A stretch of DNA of 63,241 nt, the filler included. It is 7 parts of 7 records of this genome, joined end to end, with 100 filler letters (N's around TTAATTAATTAA, not from the genome) between each part and the next. Parts side by side here need not be neighbours in the genome. Positions count along the whole stretch, not along the records: positions 1 to 15,107 come from SRR20825010_6888; 6 more parts are not named here. One strand, given 5' to 3'. The notes below the pieces were generated by a model, which was not told where the DNA came from, searched no databases, and worked only from the letters and a program-made list of their open reading frames with translations. The first letter of the stretch is position 1. Each line of letters opens with the position of its first letter. A program made the translations under genes and the position numbers. Of this stretch, positions 1-9,884 are shown one piece after another.

Positions 1-51
1 GGTCGATTTGCCGACATTGGGCAGGCCGACGATGCCGCATTTGAAACCCAT
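1..51 (-). CDS. ychF: Redox-regulated ATPase YchF, N-terminus (runs off window)
   Basis: Reverse strand reads MGFKCGIVGLPNVGKST (P-loop); lies directly after pth, the usual gene order. Confidence 0.9.
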   Translation of the reverse strand, partial: MGFKCGIVGLPNVGKST

Positions 52-53
52 GA

Positions 54-686
54 CTATTCGTCTCCACTCTTGGTCTTGTTGGCTGCTTTTGGCTTTTCCG
101 CTTTGGGCGGTTCCGGATTGAGCGCCAGATGTACACGATTGGCAAAACTGTTGAAGCGGCCTTCGCCCAGCATTGGCGCTTCGGCAACGATTGTATCCAG
201 CAGCGGTTCCACCCATTGCATTTCTGCTTTGGAGAAATCACCCAGAACCGAATTGACGACCCGTTCGCGGTCCTTGGTGCCTGGATGGCCGATGCCGATA
301 CGGATGCGGCGGAAGTTTTCGCCAATATGGGCAATGATCGATTTGATACCGTTGTGACCACCTGCGCCGCCACCTGTTTTGATGCGCAGCTTGCCGGCGG
401 GCAGGTCCAGTTCGTCATGGATAACCACAACGTCCTGCGGTGTCAGCTTGTAGAAGCGCATGGCTTCACCAACTGCGCGTCCGCTTTCGTTCATATAGGT
501 CATTGGCTTCATGGCGATGACTTTTTCGCCGGCCAGTGTGCCGTCTGCGGTCAGGCTCTGAAAGCGTTGACGCTCAGGCGAAAAGGAATGGCGGTGGACA
601 ATCGCGTCCACCGCCATAAAGCCGATATTGTGCCTGTTGAAGGCATATTTAGGACCGGGATTTCCAAGGCCCACGAGCAACAGCAT
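54..686 (-). CDS. pth: Peptidyl-tRNA hydrolase
   Basis: GLGNPG, RHNIGF, HDELDL and GGHNG motifs. Confidence 0.97.
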   Translation of the reverse strand: MLLLVGLGNPGPKYAFNRHNIGFMAVDAIVHRHSFSPERQRFQSLTADGTLAGEKVIAMKPMTYMNESGRAVGEAMRFYKLTPQDVVVIHDELDLPAGKLRIKTGGGAGGHNGIKSIIAHIGENFRRIRIGIGHPGTKDRERVVNSVLGDFSKAEMQWVEPLLDTIVAEAPMLGEGRFNSFANRVHLALNPEPPKAEKPKAANKTKSGDE

Positions 687-728
687 CGCGCGGGCTCCTT
701 CTTGTTCATCCCCGTGACCGGAGAAAGA

Positions 729-1382
729 TTACTCTTCTTCGGACTTGCCTTCGTCTTCGCCTTCAGCAGCTTCAGCAGGTGCGTCTTCGTCTGCACCGGC
801 ATTGGCCGAGACAACAGCGGCAGGTGTCGCGATTGTGGCGATGGTGAAGTCACGGTCCGTAATGGCGGGACGCACACCCTTGGGCAGCTTGACGGCCGAG
901 AAGTGGATCGAGTCGCCAAGATCGACGCCCGAGAGGTCGACTTCAACAGCTTCGGGGATCGAGTCCGCCGGGCAGATGAGTTCGATATCGTGGCGCACGA
1001 TGTTCAGGACACCACCGGCCTTGAGGCCCGGTGAAGCTTCCTGATTGGAGAAGTGCACAGGCACGTCAACGTGAATGGTCGAGTTCTTGCCGATGCGCAG
1101 GAAGTCCACATGGATGATGAAATCGCGGACCACTTCGCGCTGAACGTCGCGCGGGATCACACGTTCTGTCTTGCCGTCGACATCAATGTCTAGCGTGTGG
1201 CTGGTGAAAGTGCCCTTCATGTAAAGGGCGCTGACTGTCTTGTAGTCAACGGAGATAAGGGTGGGTTCTTTTTTGTCGCCATAAATAACGGCGGGAACGC
1301 GGCCTGCGAGACGAAGCGAACGAACAGCCCCCTTGCTGCTCTTCGTACGTGCCTCGGCCTTGAGCGTCAGTGTCTCGGCCAT
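729..1382 (-). CDS. rplY: 50S ribosomal protein L25 / general stress protein Ctc
   Basis: GRVPAVIYG and IIHVDF motifs, acidic tail; prs-rplY-pth synteny. Confidence 0.96.
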   Translation of the reverse strand: MAETLTLKAEARTKSSKGAVRSLRLAGRVPAVIYGDKKEPTLISVDYKTVSALYMKGTFTSHTLDIDVDGKTERVIPRDVQREVVRDFIIHVDFLRIGKNSTIHVDVPVHFSNQEASPGLKAGGVLNIVRHDIELICPADSIPEAVEVDLSGVDLGDSIHFSAVKLPKGVRPAITDRDFTIATIATPAAVVSANAGADEDAPAEAAEGEDEGKSEEE

Positions 1383-1566
1383 GGTGTTGTTTCTCCAACA
1401 AAAATGCCCCGATGGCGGGCTGCCTCGGGCGCAATCGACGTTTCCTCCAGGGGTGTGGACGTCGAATGGGGCGGGTTATAGCCGCGAGGGTGGCAAAACT
1501 CAAGCCGGAATAGGGGCTTGGGCCTGCGTCAGGTGGCCCTGAAAAGGACCGAATATGGCTCCGAAA

Positions 1567-2499
1567 TCAGTCGAAAAGGCTCGAAACCGAGCGTTCCTCG
1601 GCTGTGCGGCGCATGGCTTCACCGATCAGCGGGGCGATGGTGACGGTCCGGATGTTGTGGGCGACGCGCACGGCCTCGGTGGCCTGGATACTGTCGGTGA
1701 TCACAAGTTCCTTGAGCTGGGAGGCGGTGACACGGGCAACAGCGCCGCCAGACAGCACGCCATGGCTGACATAGGCAGATACCTGAGTTGCTCCTTTTGC
1801 CAGCAGGGCTTCGGCGGCATTGCAGAGCGTGCCGGCGCTGTCGACGATATCGTCGACGAGGATGCAAGCGCGGCCTTTGACGTCGCCAATGATGTTCATG
1901 ACTTCGGATTCACCGGCACGTTCGCGGCGTTTGTCCACAATGGCCAGATCGGCGCCGATACGCTTGGCGATGGCGCGGGCACGGACCACGCCGCCCACGT
2001 CAGGCGAGATGATCATCAGGTCTTCGCCGTTATAGTGCTGCTGGATGTCCTGTGTGAGGACCGGTGCACCGAAGAGATTGTCTGTGGGAATGTCGAAAAA
2101 GCCCTGAATCTGGCCTGCATGGAGGTCCAGCGTCAGCACACGGTCAGCACCGGCGGTGGTGATGAGATTGGCGACGAGCTTTGCAGAGATAGGGGAGCGG
2201 GGACCGGGTTTGCGGTCCTGACGGGCATAGCCGAAATAGGGCAGAACGGCTGTGATGCGGCGGGCCGAGGCGCGCTTGAGCGCATCAATGATGATCAGCA
2301 ACTCCATCAGGTGGTCATTGGCGGGATAGGAGGTGGACTGAATCACGAAAACGTCTTCACCGCGCACGTTTTCCTGAATTTCGACGAAGACTTCCATATC
2401 CGCGAAGCGGCGGACGACCGATTTGGTCAGTGGAATGTCGAGATAGTCGGCGATGGATTCGGACAGCGCCCGGTTTGAATTGCCTGCAACCAGTTTCAT
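1567..2499 (-). CDS. prs: Ribose-phosphate pyrophosphokinase
   Basis: [32 protein letters not shown] motifs. Confidence 0.98.
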   Translation of the reverse strand: MKLVAGNSNRALSESIADYLDIPLTKSVVRRFADMEVFVEIQENVRGEDVFVIQSTSYPANDHLMELLIIIDALKRASARRITAVLPYFGYARQDRKPGPRSPISAKLVANLITTAGADRVLTLDLHAGQIQGFFDIPTDNLFGAPVLTQDIQQHYNGEDLMIISPDVGGVVRARAIAKRIGADLAIVDKRRERAGESEVMNIIGDVKGRACILVDDIVDSAGTLCNAAEALLAKGATQVSAYVSHGVLSGGAVARVTASQLKELVITDSIQATEAVRVAHNIRTVTIAPLIGEAMRRTAEERSVSSLFD

Positions 2500-2626
2500 G
2501 GTTTTAAAAACTCCCGGGATTGGCCGTCTCGTGATGATCCTGTGACGGTGCGAGCGCGTTTTAACAAGGCGATTTCAGGCTGTAAACAGGGGCGGGGCCA
2601 GATCGGGGCCTTAACGGTAAAAGCGT

Positions 2627-3316
2627 TTACGAAGCGTTGCCATCATGTCGCGTTGTGGCCAGAGTTTCCGGCGCAATCAGGGCATTTATGCCTTCGGCTG
2701 CCGAGCGGGCGGCTGATTTGGCAGTCTCGCCCCAGTATGAGGCGATTCTGGCGGCAGGGGCGGCGCTTGTCTGGGTGATGGTGCCAAGCAGGCGGCCACG
2801 CGCGTCGCGGATGTTCCATGTGAGGGATATGCCGGTTTCGCCAGTATCCAGGCTTGAGAGGGCGACATCTCCCGTGACCACATAGCGCCCCGTCATGCCT
2901 GACAGCGCGGTCTGGTCGAGCGCATCGGCCAAAGCGGTACTGAGCGCGGTGGCACCATCGCCGGGAGCAAAACCTACTTTTATGTCGAAGGTGGGACGCG
3001 ATTTCAGAACAGCGGCGATGCTGGCAGTGGCGATTTCGTCGTCGGGTCCCAAAAAGGGCACTTCCGGTTCGCGCTGCATTGGCGATGGCGGCAGGTCGGG
3101 CGCAGCTGGGCCGAGCGATCCGCGCAAGCCGAAGCTGGTGAGCGGTGCACCCTGATCGGTGATTGCAACGGGTTGCAGCGGGATCGACTGCCGCTTGGCT
3201 GTGCTGCGTTCGGCATGTTGTGGTGGTGCATTGTCATCCATACAGGCGGCAAGCGACAGCAGCAGGCATAGAGCCGCGCCTTTCAAGCCTGATCCAATAT
3301 GGTTTTGTAACGCCAC
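2627..3316 (-). CDS. Hypothetical lipoprotein
   Basis: Hydrophobic N-terminus ending in lipobox LAAC; co-oriented between pgeF and prs. Confidence 0.65.
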   Translation of the reverse strand: MALQNHIGSGLKGAALCLLLSLAACMDDNAPPQHAERSTAKRQSIPLQPVAITDQGAPLTSFGLRGSLGPAAPDLPPSPMQREPEVPFLGPDDEIATASIAAVLKSRPTFDIKVGFAPGDGATALSTALADALDQTALSGMTGRYVVTGDVALSSLDTGETGISLTWNIRDARGRLLGTITQTSAAPAARIASYWGETAKSAARSAAEGINALIAPETLATTRHDGNAS

Positions 3317-3408
3317 TGTAGTTCCGTTCGTTTCCGCGCCGTTCGTGGCTCCGATTTGGAGCGGGAACGATTCGCGTGAAACTAGGGTAGCAAGCGGGCG
3401 GGGAGGCG

Positions 3409-4179
3409 TCAGGCGTTTAGCGCGATCACGGACATTTGACGTCCATAGTCGGGCTCGCCGCGATGGGTTGTGCGGCGATAGGAGAAGAATCGCTGCTCAT
3501 CTGCATAGGTGCACAGATCGAGCCGTTCGACAGTGCCGATGCCTGCGGCTGCAAGGCGGGCAGCGACATATGCGGTGAGATCGAACATGAAATGATTGTC
3601 GCGGGCAGAGGGGGTGAACCAGACGGCGTCGTCGGCCTTGCGTTCGATGAAACGGTCCCGAAATTCGGGTCCGACTTCATAGGCATCGCGCGAAATACAC
3701 GGGCCGATGGCCGCGACCATGCCGGCAGGTGTCGCGCCCAATTTTGTCATGGCGTCAATCGTGGCTTCCAGCACGCCGGTCCACGCGCCTTTCCAGCCGG
3801 AATGGGCTGCGCCGATGACTTTTGCATTTGTGTCGGCAAAGAGGACGGGCGTGCAATCGGCGGCAAGCACGCCGAGGCCGATGCCTGAGCGGTTTGTCAC
3901 CATGGCGTCGCCCTTGGGGGCGGTGGCCGGTGTCCATGCCTCGGTGACATTTATGACGTCGGGGCTATGGATCTGGTGGACGGTGACAAGTTGGTCGGGC
4001 GCAACGCCGACAGATGAAGCAATGCGGGCGCGGTTTTCAATGACCGCACCTTGATCATCGTCAGAGCCAAGCCCTGAATTGAGAGAGGCATAGATGCCTT
4101 TGGAGACGCCGCCTTCACGCGTGAAGAAGCCATGGGAAAGATGGGGAATGGCAAGCAGCGGCGCGGCGGTGAGTTTCAT
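3409..4179 (-). CDS. pgeF: PgeF/YfiH laccase-domain protein
   Basis: HGFFTREGG, QIHS, ADCTP, AAHSGWKG, FFSYRR motifs. Confidence 0.93.
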   Translation of the reverse strand: MKLTAAPLLAIPHLSHGFFTREGGVSKGIYASLNSGLGSDDDQGAVIENRARIASSVGVAPDQLVTVHQIHSPDVINVTEAWTPATAPKGDAMVTNRSGIGLGVLAADCTPVLFADTNAKVIGAAHSGWKGAWTGVLEATIDAMTKLGATPAGMVAAIGPCISRDAYEVGPEFRDRFIERKADDAVWFTPSARDNHFMFDLTAYVAARLAAAGIGTVERLDLCTYADEQRFFSYRRTTHRGEPDYGRQMSVIALNA

Positions 4180-4182
4180 GGC

Positions 4183-5274
4183 TCAGATCTCAAATCCTGC
4201 GGGGCCGGGTGCGCCTTTGGGCACGAGGGCCAGCACTTTGAAGAGGCTGCCCATTTCCTCAGTCGATGTCAGGCGCTTTTCGGCCAGATCAATATCGCTA
4301 GCCTGTTCGGGCGTTGCGTTGCCTTTGAGCGTTTCGGCGCGCTCGCTGATGCCGAGGGCTTTGAGGAACGTGCCTTGTTCGACGGGACCATAGGCCTCGA
4401 CGCCACCAGCTTTGGCGGCAAGGGCGAGGGCTTCAAAGTCAACATGGGCGGTGATGTCAGCCTCGCCAGGATTTTCAAACACATCGACAAACTGGTGCGC
4501 GCGCAAGGCCTGCAATGTGTCACCGACCGCGCTTTTGGCGTGGCCGTAATCGATGAAGAGGGCTGCACCACCGTGCTTGGCAATGCGTTGCGCCATATCC
4601 TCGGCGAAGGCAGCGGAAGCGGGTGAGACTTCGGCAAGGCTGCCGACGGGTGCATCTCGGTGCGCCCGCGCCAGCATATTGTCGTCTGCTTGCGGGACCG
4701 GCGTGATAGCCGGTTCGAAGCGCGGTTCTTCTTCGGTGCTGTTTTCCGAAAGCATCACATAGCGTTCGCACCAGCCTTGTTCCATGCGCACGAACTGGCG
4801 GATGGGCAGCGCGTCGAAGAACTCGTTGGCGATGACGAAGAGCGGGCCCTCAGGCAGCGTATCGAAGCGGTCATGCCATGTGGCATTGGGCACGGCTTCT
4901 TTTTGCAGCGCCGCCAGCACTGGACTTGTCTCCACGAAATGAAGGCTGAGGGCTGGCAGCAATCCGGGTACAGAGCGCAGTGCGCGCAAAGCATCGGCCA
5001 TCAGCGTGCCGCGGCCCGGACCGAATTCGGCCAGCACGAAGGGCGAGGGGCTGCCTTGTGCGATCCACGTCTCCGCAATCCACAAACCGACAAGTTCGCC
5101 GAACATCTGGCTGATTTCCGGCGCAGTGGTAAAGTCGCCCGATGCACCCAGCGGATCGCGGGTCATGTAGTAGCCATGCTTGGGATGGCCAAGTGCCAGC
5201 GCCATGTAGTGCGAAACGGGCATGGGCCCTGTTTCCTTGATGAGGCGGGCGATATGTTTGGCAAGCACGGACAT
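4183..5274 (-). CDS. MidA/NDUFAF7-family SAM-dependent methyltransferase
   Basis: GDFTTAPEISQMFGE, EFGPGRG, ANEFFDALP, DITAHVDF motifs. Confidence 0.92.
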   Translation of the reverse strand: MSVLAKHIARLIKETGPMPVSHYMALALGHPKHGYYMTRDPLGASGDFTTAPEISQMFGELVGLWIAETWIAQGSPSPFVLAEFGPGRGTLMADALRALRSVPGLLPALSLHFVETSPVLAALQKEAVPNATWHDRFDTLPEGPLFVIANEFFDALPIRQFVRMEQGWCERYVMLSENSTEEEPRFEPAITPVPQADDNMLARAHRDAPVGSLAEVSPASAAFAEDMAQRIAKHGGAALFIDYGHAKSAVGDTLQALRAHQFVDVFENPGEADITAHVDFEALALAAKAGGVEAYGPVEQGTFLKALGISERAETLKGNATPEQASDIDLAEKRLTSTEEMGSLFKVLALVPKGAPGPAGFEI

Positions 5275-6122
5275 TAGGACTTCTTCTTTTTTGGTGTATG
5301 CGGCTTGTCGAAGGCAAGCAGAGCCGGAGCTTTCCAGATGATAAGCAGGCCCACGACGATCATGGGGATAGACAGGACCATGCCCATGGTCAACCAGTCG
5401 CCGTAGAGATAGCCGAGCTGGATGTCGGGCTGGCGGAAGAATTCGACAAAGACGCGGGCGACACCATAGCCGGCAATGAAAGCGCCCCAGATGGTCGCAG
5501 GACGTTTCAGCGCGTCGAAATAATGGGTGAGGATGCGCAGGATGATGAAGAGGACGATACCTTCCAGTGCAGCTTCATAAATCTGGCTGGGATGGCGCGG
5601 CAGTGGTCCGCCATTGGGGAAGACCATGCCCCATGGCACATCGGTGACACGGCCCCAGAGTTCGGAATTGATGAAATTCGCTATGCGGCCGAAAAACAGG
5701 CCGATGGGAGCAGCAGCGCTGGCGAGATCGAACATGCTGAGGATCGGGATGCCGTTCCGCCGCGCGTAGATGGCAAGAGCAATGAGTGTGCCGGCTGCAC
5801 CGCCGTGAAAGCTCATGCCGCCATGCCAGACAGCGAGAATTTCCCATGGACGGCTGAGATATTGTCCCAGATCGTAAAACAGCACATAGCCGATGCGGCC
5901 ACCCAGAATGACACCGAGAGCGGCCCAGAGCAGTGCGTCGTCGATCTGAAGCGGTGTTGCCGGTGCGTCGCCCTTCCACAAGCGCGGTGTTGAGACGAGG
6001 CGGGCGACATAGCGCCAGCCCAAAGTCAGACCGGCAATATAGGCCAGTGCATACCAGCGGATCGCGAAAGGGCCGATCTGGATGAGGACGGGATCGATAT
6101 CTGGAAAGGGAATGCCGGTCAT
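5274..6122 (-). CDS. lgt: Prolipoprotein diacylglyceryl transferase
   Basis: IRWY, GGRIGY, GGMSFHG, GRIANFIN, RHPSQIYE motifs. Confidence 0.97.
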   Translation of the reverse strand: MTGIPFPDIDPVLIQIGPFAIRWYALAYIAGLTLGWRYVARLVSTPRLWKGDAPATPLQIDDALLWAALGVILGGRIGYVLFYDLGQYLSRPWEILAVWHGGMSFHGGAAGTLIALAIYARRNGIPILSMFDLASAAAPIGLFFGRIANFINSELWGRVTDVPWGMVFPNGGPLPRHPSQIYEAALEGIVLFIILRILTHYFDALKRPATIWGAFIAGYGVARVFVEFFRQPDIQLGYLYGDWLTMGMVLSIPMIVVGLLIIWKAPALLAFDKPHTPKKKKS

Positions 6123-6293
6123 ACGGGATTTTTATCTCTGGTATGCGCGTGAAAACAGGGGCGGATGCGGCGCTAGTGTGGCCGCAGCCGGTGCGGTGTC
6201 AAGACAAGCGGCAGCTTTGTGCCTCCGTGCCGCAGTTGAGCAGCAGCGCCGGGGCAGATAGACTGAGCGGCCCAGATGAACGGAGACAGCCCC

Positions 6294-6590
6294 ATGACCC
6301 AGACGCAGAACCGCGTCCTTGATGAAATCGCCCGCATGTTCACCAATGCAGCGGGTGCCGCGCAAGGTGTTCGGCAGGAGGTTGAGACCGTGATCCGCTC
6401 GCAGGCCGAGCGTCTGGTGGCCGACCTTGATCTGGTGCCACGCGAGGAATTTGAGGTCGTGCGCGAGATGGCAGCGCTGGCGCGGGAAGAAAACGAGGCG
6501 CTGAAAGTCCGTATTGAAGCGTTGGAAGAGGCGCTGGCCGGTAAATCCAAGGCTAAAACAGCCAAAAAGGCCGAATCCGGAGAGGATTGA
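6294..6590 (+). CDS. UbiK/BMFP-family accessory factor (coiled coil)
   Basis: DLDLVPREEFEVV motif and C-terminal coiled coil; ATG at 6294 follows GGAG. Confidence 0.85.
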   Translation: MTQTQNRVLDEIARMFTNAAGAAQGVRQEVETVIRSQAERLVADLDLVPREEFEVVREMAALAREENEALKVRIEALEEALAGKSKAKTAKKAESGED

Positions 6591-6720
6591 GCCGGTCGGA
6601 TAGGTTTTTTATCCCCGTTTCTGCCCACAGAATTCTGTTCCGTTTTGCGGCATGTATGTGTTGCAAGGCTTGCACCGACTCATTGCATCCTCCACGTTTA
6701 GGTGGTGGCCAATAGGGCTC

Positions 6721-6744
6721 TTACCCACAATATCTTGTGGGTAA
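6721..6744. promoter_or_regulatory. Perfect palindrome with an NrdR-box-like core
   Basis: TTACCCACAA-TATC-TTGTGGGTAA; core CCACAATATCTTGTGG resembles the NrdR consensus acaCwAtATaTwGtg. Confidence 0.5.
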
Positions 6745-6801
6745 CTTGATGTTTGGTACCGGGTGTCGCCTTTGGAGCGATGCCTGTGATGGGGGTGCAA
6801 A

Positions 6802-7305
6802 ATGACCGCTTCTCTCGTTGCCGCTGATGATTTCGATGCCAATCCCCTGGATCTGCTGGAACAAGTGGCCTCCATACGGGACTGGATTTTCGAGCGCAGC
6901 CACGAGGATGAGCTGACGATCTGTGTGGCGGGCGAGTGGCGCGACCATCAGATTTCGCTCAACTGGCGCCATGACCTGTCGGGCCTGCATGTGGCAACCA
7001 CATTGGATATGCGCGTGCCGCCGGAAAAACGGCCACAGATCCGGCATCTCATCAGCCTCATCAATGAACAACTTTGGTCCGGTCATTTCGATATGTGGTC
7101 GGAAGAGGGCGTACTGCTCTATCGTAACAGCCTGTTGCTTTGCGGCGGGGCAAGTGCGACGCCGGAGCAATGCGAGGCGCTGCTTCGTTTCGCGGTGGAA
7201 GCCTGCGAGCGATATTATCCGGCGATCCAGTTTGTCCTTTGGGCAGGCAAGAGCGCCGAGGAAGCCATTGCCGCGGCAATGTTCGAAACGCGGGGCAATG
7301 CCTGA
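6802..7305 (+). CDS. YbjN-domain protein
   Basis: INEQLWSGHFDMW and CERYYPAIQFVLW pattern of the alphaproteobacterial YbjN-like family that precedes proC. Confidence 0.8.
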   Translation: MTASLVAADDFDANPLDLLEQVASIRDWIFERSHEDELTICVAGEWRDHQISLNWRHDLSGLHVATTLDMRVPPEKRPQIRHLISLINEQLWSGHFDMWSEEGVLLYRNSLLLCGGASATPEQCEALLRFAVEACERYYPAIQFVLWAGKSAEEAIAAAMFETRGNA

Positions 7306-7354
7306 TCTCCTGACGGGGGCTGGCTTGTAAGACGCGAAAGAAACGGTTTCAGAC

Positions 7355-8182
7355 ATGACACTTATACTTCAGGGACCGCTTGTGCTGGTGGGTGCGGGCA
7401 AGATGGGCGGCGCGCTGCTGTCTGGCTGGATGGCGCAAGGCCTTTCGCCCAAATCGGTCATTGTGCGCGATCCCACACCTTCGCCTGAAGTGGCGCAGAT
7501 GGTGGCGGAAAGTGGCATGGGCCTGAATTTCTCAGTGGCCGAAATTGCAGCACGCAAGCCTGCGGTTGTGGTGCTGGCGGTCAAACCGCAATTGATGGAC
7601 AAGGTGTTGCCCGATCTCGCACCGCTGGTTTCGTCCGATACGCTTTTCATTTCGATTGCGGCAGGGACAAGTCTTTTCTCTCTGAAATCCCTTTTGGGTG
7701 ATGGGCTTCATGCTGTTCGCGCCATGCCCAATACGCCATCGGCAGTGGGACGCGGGATGACAGCCTGTTTTGCCGATCCTGTGGTCACACCCGCACAGCG
7801 CAATCTCGCCGACGCCTTGCTGGCTGCGGTGGGTGATGTTGGCTGGGTGGAAAACGAAGCGCTGATCGACGCCGTGACGGCGATTTCGGGTTCGGGGCCT
7901 GCCTATATTTTCTACATGGCAGAATGCATGGCTGCCGCAGGCGAAGCGCTCGGCCTTGAGCCGGCGCTTGCGATGCAGCTTGCCCGCGCGACTGTGAGCG
8001 GTGCAGGTGAAATGCTGCACCAACTGCCTGACGAGGCGGCCACATTGCGCAAGAATGTGACATCTCCCGGCGGCACCACAGCGGCCGCGCTTGATGTGCT
8101 GATGGACGAGGGCGGTTTGTCGCCGCTTATGCGTCGTGCAGCGACAGCGGCGCGTGATCGCGCCCGTGCACTAGGTCAATAA
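7355..8182 (+). CDS. proC: Pyrroline-5-carboxylate reductase
   Basis: GAGKMG, AVKPQ, RAMPNTP, SGSGPAY, VTSPGGTT motifs. Confidence 0.97.
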   Translation: MTLILQGPLVLVGAGKMGGALLSGWMAQGLSPKSVIVRDPTPSPEVAQMVAESGMGLNFSVAEIAARKPAVVVLAVKPQLMDKVLPDLAPLVSSDTLFISIAAGTSLFSLKSLLGDGLHAVRAMPNTPSAVGRGMTACFADPVVTPAQRNLADALLAAVGDVGWVENEALIDAVTAISGSGPAYIFYMAECMAAAGEALGLEPALAMQLARATVSGAGEMLHQLPDEAATLRKNVTSPGGTTAAALDVLMDEGGLSPLMRRAATAARDRARALGQ

Positions 8183-8195
8183 TGGGCGGTCGGCA

Positions 8196-8429
8196 ATGGA
8201 CAGCCTGAGTCTTTTTGGTCTCTTCGCGGTCAGCGGTATGTTGGTTACATATGCGTTGGAAGAAAAGAGCCATTGGTTCACCCTGCTTTTTTCCTGTTTT
8301 TGCGGGCTTGGATCGATTTATGGCTTTGCGCAAGGGGCATGGCCTTTTGGTCTTGTGGAAGCGGTCTGGGCATTGGTGGCATTGCGCAAATGGTGGCTGC
8401 GACGAACAGGCACTCGCCTAGCGACTTGA
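8196..8429 (+). CDS. Small conserved membrane protein
   Basis: 77 aa, about three hydrophobic segments, YGFAQGAWPFGLVEAVW motif; operon position after proC. Confidence 0.7.
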   Translation: MDSLSLFGLFAVSGMLVTYALEEKSHWFTLLFSCFCGLGSIYGFAQGAWPFGLVEAVWALVALRKWWLRRTGTRLAT

Positions 8430-8474
8430 CCCTGCGTGTCTGCTCTTGTCTCCTGAGGAACCAAGGAGAGTGAC

Positions 8475-9089
8475 ATGGCCAAACGTCCCGATAAATCTGC
8501 AAAAATTATTGCTGCTGCTTTTGCGATTGCCGAGGAGCGTGGCTGGCAGGATGTGGCGCTTGCCGATATTGCAGCCGCAGCAAAAGTGAAACTGCCGGAA
8601 TTTACAAAACTCTTTCCCGCCAAGTCCGACATTCTGGCTGCGTGGTCACGTCAGATTGATGCGGAAGTGATTGCGCTGGCGGAAGAGGAGTGCCTCTCTG
8701 ACGAAAATGCGCGGGATCGGCTTTTCGATGTTTTGATGATGCGCTTCGATTGCATGATTGATGCGCGACCTGCGCTGAAAAGGATTGCGCATGATTTGTC
8801 ACGCGATCCCGTGGCGTTGATCTCGATGGTGTCTCCCGCGCTACAGTCGCTGGGCTGGATGTTGGAAGCCGCCGAGATCGATAGTTCCGGCTGGCGCGGT
8901 GCATTGCGTGTGCGGGGGCTGGCCGTCATATGGGCGCGGGTCTTCAGCATCTGGTTGGATGACGGCGAAGATCAGGCAAAGACTATGGCGGAACTCGACA
9001 AGCGTATGAAGCAGGCTGAAGACTTGTTGCTGGCTGTGCGGCGTTTTCGTGGGAGCGCTGACAAGAGTAACGGCGAGGCCGCGGCATGA
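8475..9089 (+). CDS. TetR-family transcriptional regulator
   Basis: N-terminal HTH (ERGWQDVALADIAAAAKV), RDRLFDVLMMRFD, TMAELDKR. Confidence 0.85.
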   Translation: MAKRPDKSAKIIAAAFAIAEERGWQDVALADIAAAAKVKLPEFTKLFPAKSDILAAWSRQIDAEVIALAEEECLSDENARDRLFDVLMMRFDCMIDARPALKRIAHDLSRDPVALISMVSPALQSLGWMLEAAEIDSSGWRGALRVRGLAVIWARVFSIWLDDGEDQAKTMAELDKRMKQAEDLLLAVRRFRGSADKSNGEAAA

Positions 9090-9427
9090 GCGATACGATT
9101 GGGTTCGATGATTTTCTGAAGGTCGATATTCGCATCGGCACGGTTATCGAGGCCGAACCTTTTCCGCAAGCCCGCAAACCAGCATTTAAATTACGGATCG
9201 ATTTTGGCCCCGAGATCGGTGTGAAGAAAAGTTCCGCGCAGATCACGCAGCATTATACGCCTGCCAGTCTTGTTGGACGGCAGGTGGCGGCGGTGGTGAA
9301 CTTTCCGCCACGCCAGATAGGACCATTCATGTCGGAAGTGCTGACGTTGGGCTTTGAAGATGGTGGAGATCACGTTGTGCTGATCGGTGTGGACAAGCCG
9401 GTGCCGAACGGCCGCAAAATGATGTGA
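9086..9427 (+). CDS. csaA: tRNA-binding protein / CsaA chaperone (OB fold)
   Basis: DFLKVDIRIG, KKSSAQIT, VVNFPPRQIGPFMSEVL motifs. Confidence 0.92.
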   Translation: MSDTIGFDDFLKVDIRIGTVIEAEPFPQARKPAFKLRIDFGPEIGVKKSSAQITQHYTPASLVGRQVAAVVNFPPRQIGPFMSEVLTLGFEDGGDHVVLIGVDKPVPNGRKMM

Positions 9428-9430
9428 AGA

Positions 9431-9808
9431 TCAGAAGTGGTAGACGCGGCAGGATGTGATCTTGTCGCCCTTCCATTCCAAAATTTCGCAAACCCGGGAT
9501 TTGTTTTCCGTATTGCCATTCAGTATGCGCCAGTATTCGACAGTGGCGGTGCCGCCATGGGCGGTTTCGGTCGCAAAAATATTTATGATTTCGGCGTCAA
9601 AGCTGGTCAATCGCTTAACCGCTTCATCGGCATAGAGCTTGATCGCGTCCCGTGAATTTAATGTGGCACTGCTGATGCCCATGCGTTCATTGACGACACT
9701 ACTCATATGTATGCCGTCTTCAGTGTACATATCGGCAATATCTTGGGAGACAAGCGCCCTCCATCTTGATCGCCAGAGTTCAACCATTTCCTTTGCCGTC
9801 GCCGCCAT
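9431..9808 (-). CDS. SnoaL/NTF2-like protein
   Basis: DIADMYTED and CEILEWKGDKITSCRVY patterns typical of the NTF2 fold. Confidence 0.7.
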   Translation of the reverse strand: MAATAKEMVELWRSRWRALVSQDIADMYTEDGIHMSSVVNERMGISSATLNSRDAIKLYADEAVKRLTSFDAEIINIFATETAHGGTATVEYWRILNGNTENKSRVCEILEWKGDKITSCRVYHF

Positions 9809-9884
9809 ATCTCAAGCCTCCGGATTGATTTTCAAATTGTTTGTAAGGGTGCCAAAGCTTGGCACGTCTGCGATGAGGATGTGA

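Noticed and set aside
129-2478. Long + strand ORFs (301 and 307 aa) and similar antisense ORFs across the GC-rich segments
   Set aside because: Shadow frames of pth, rplY, prs, ilvE, gltBD and others, with no motifs; expected from high-GC codon bias
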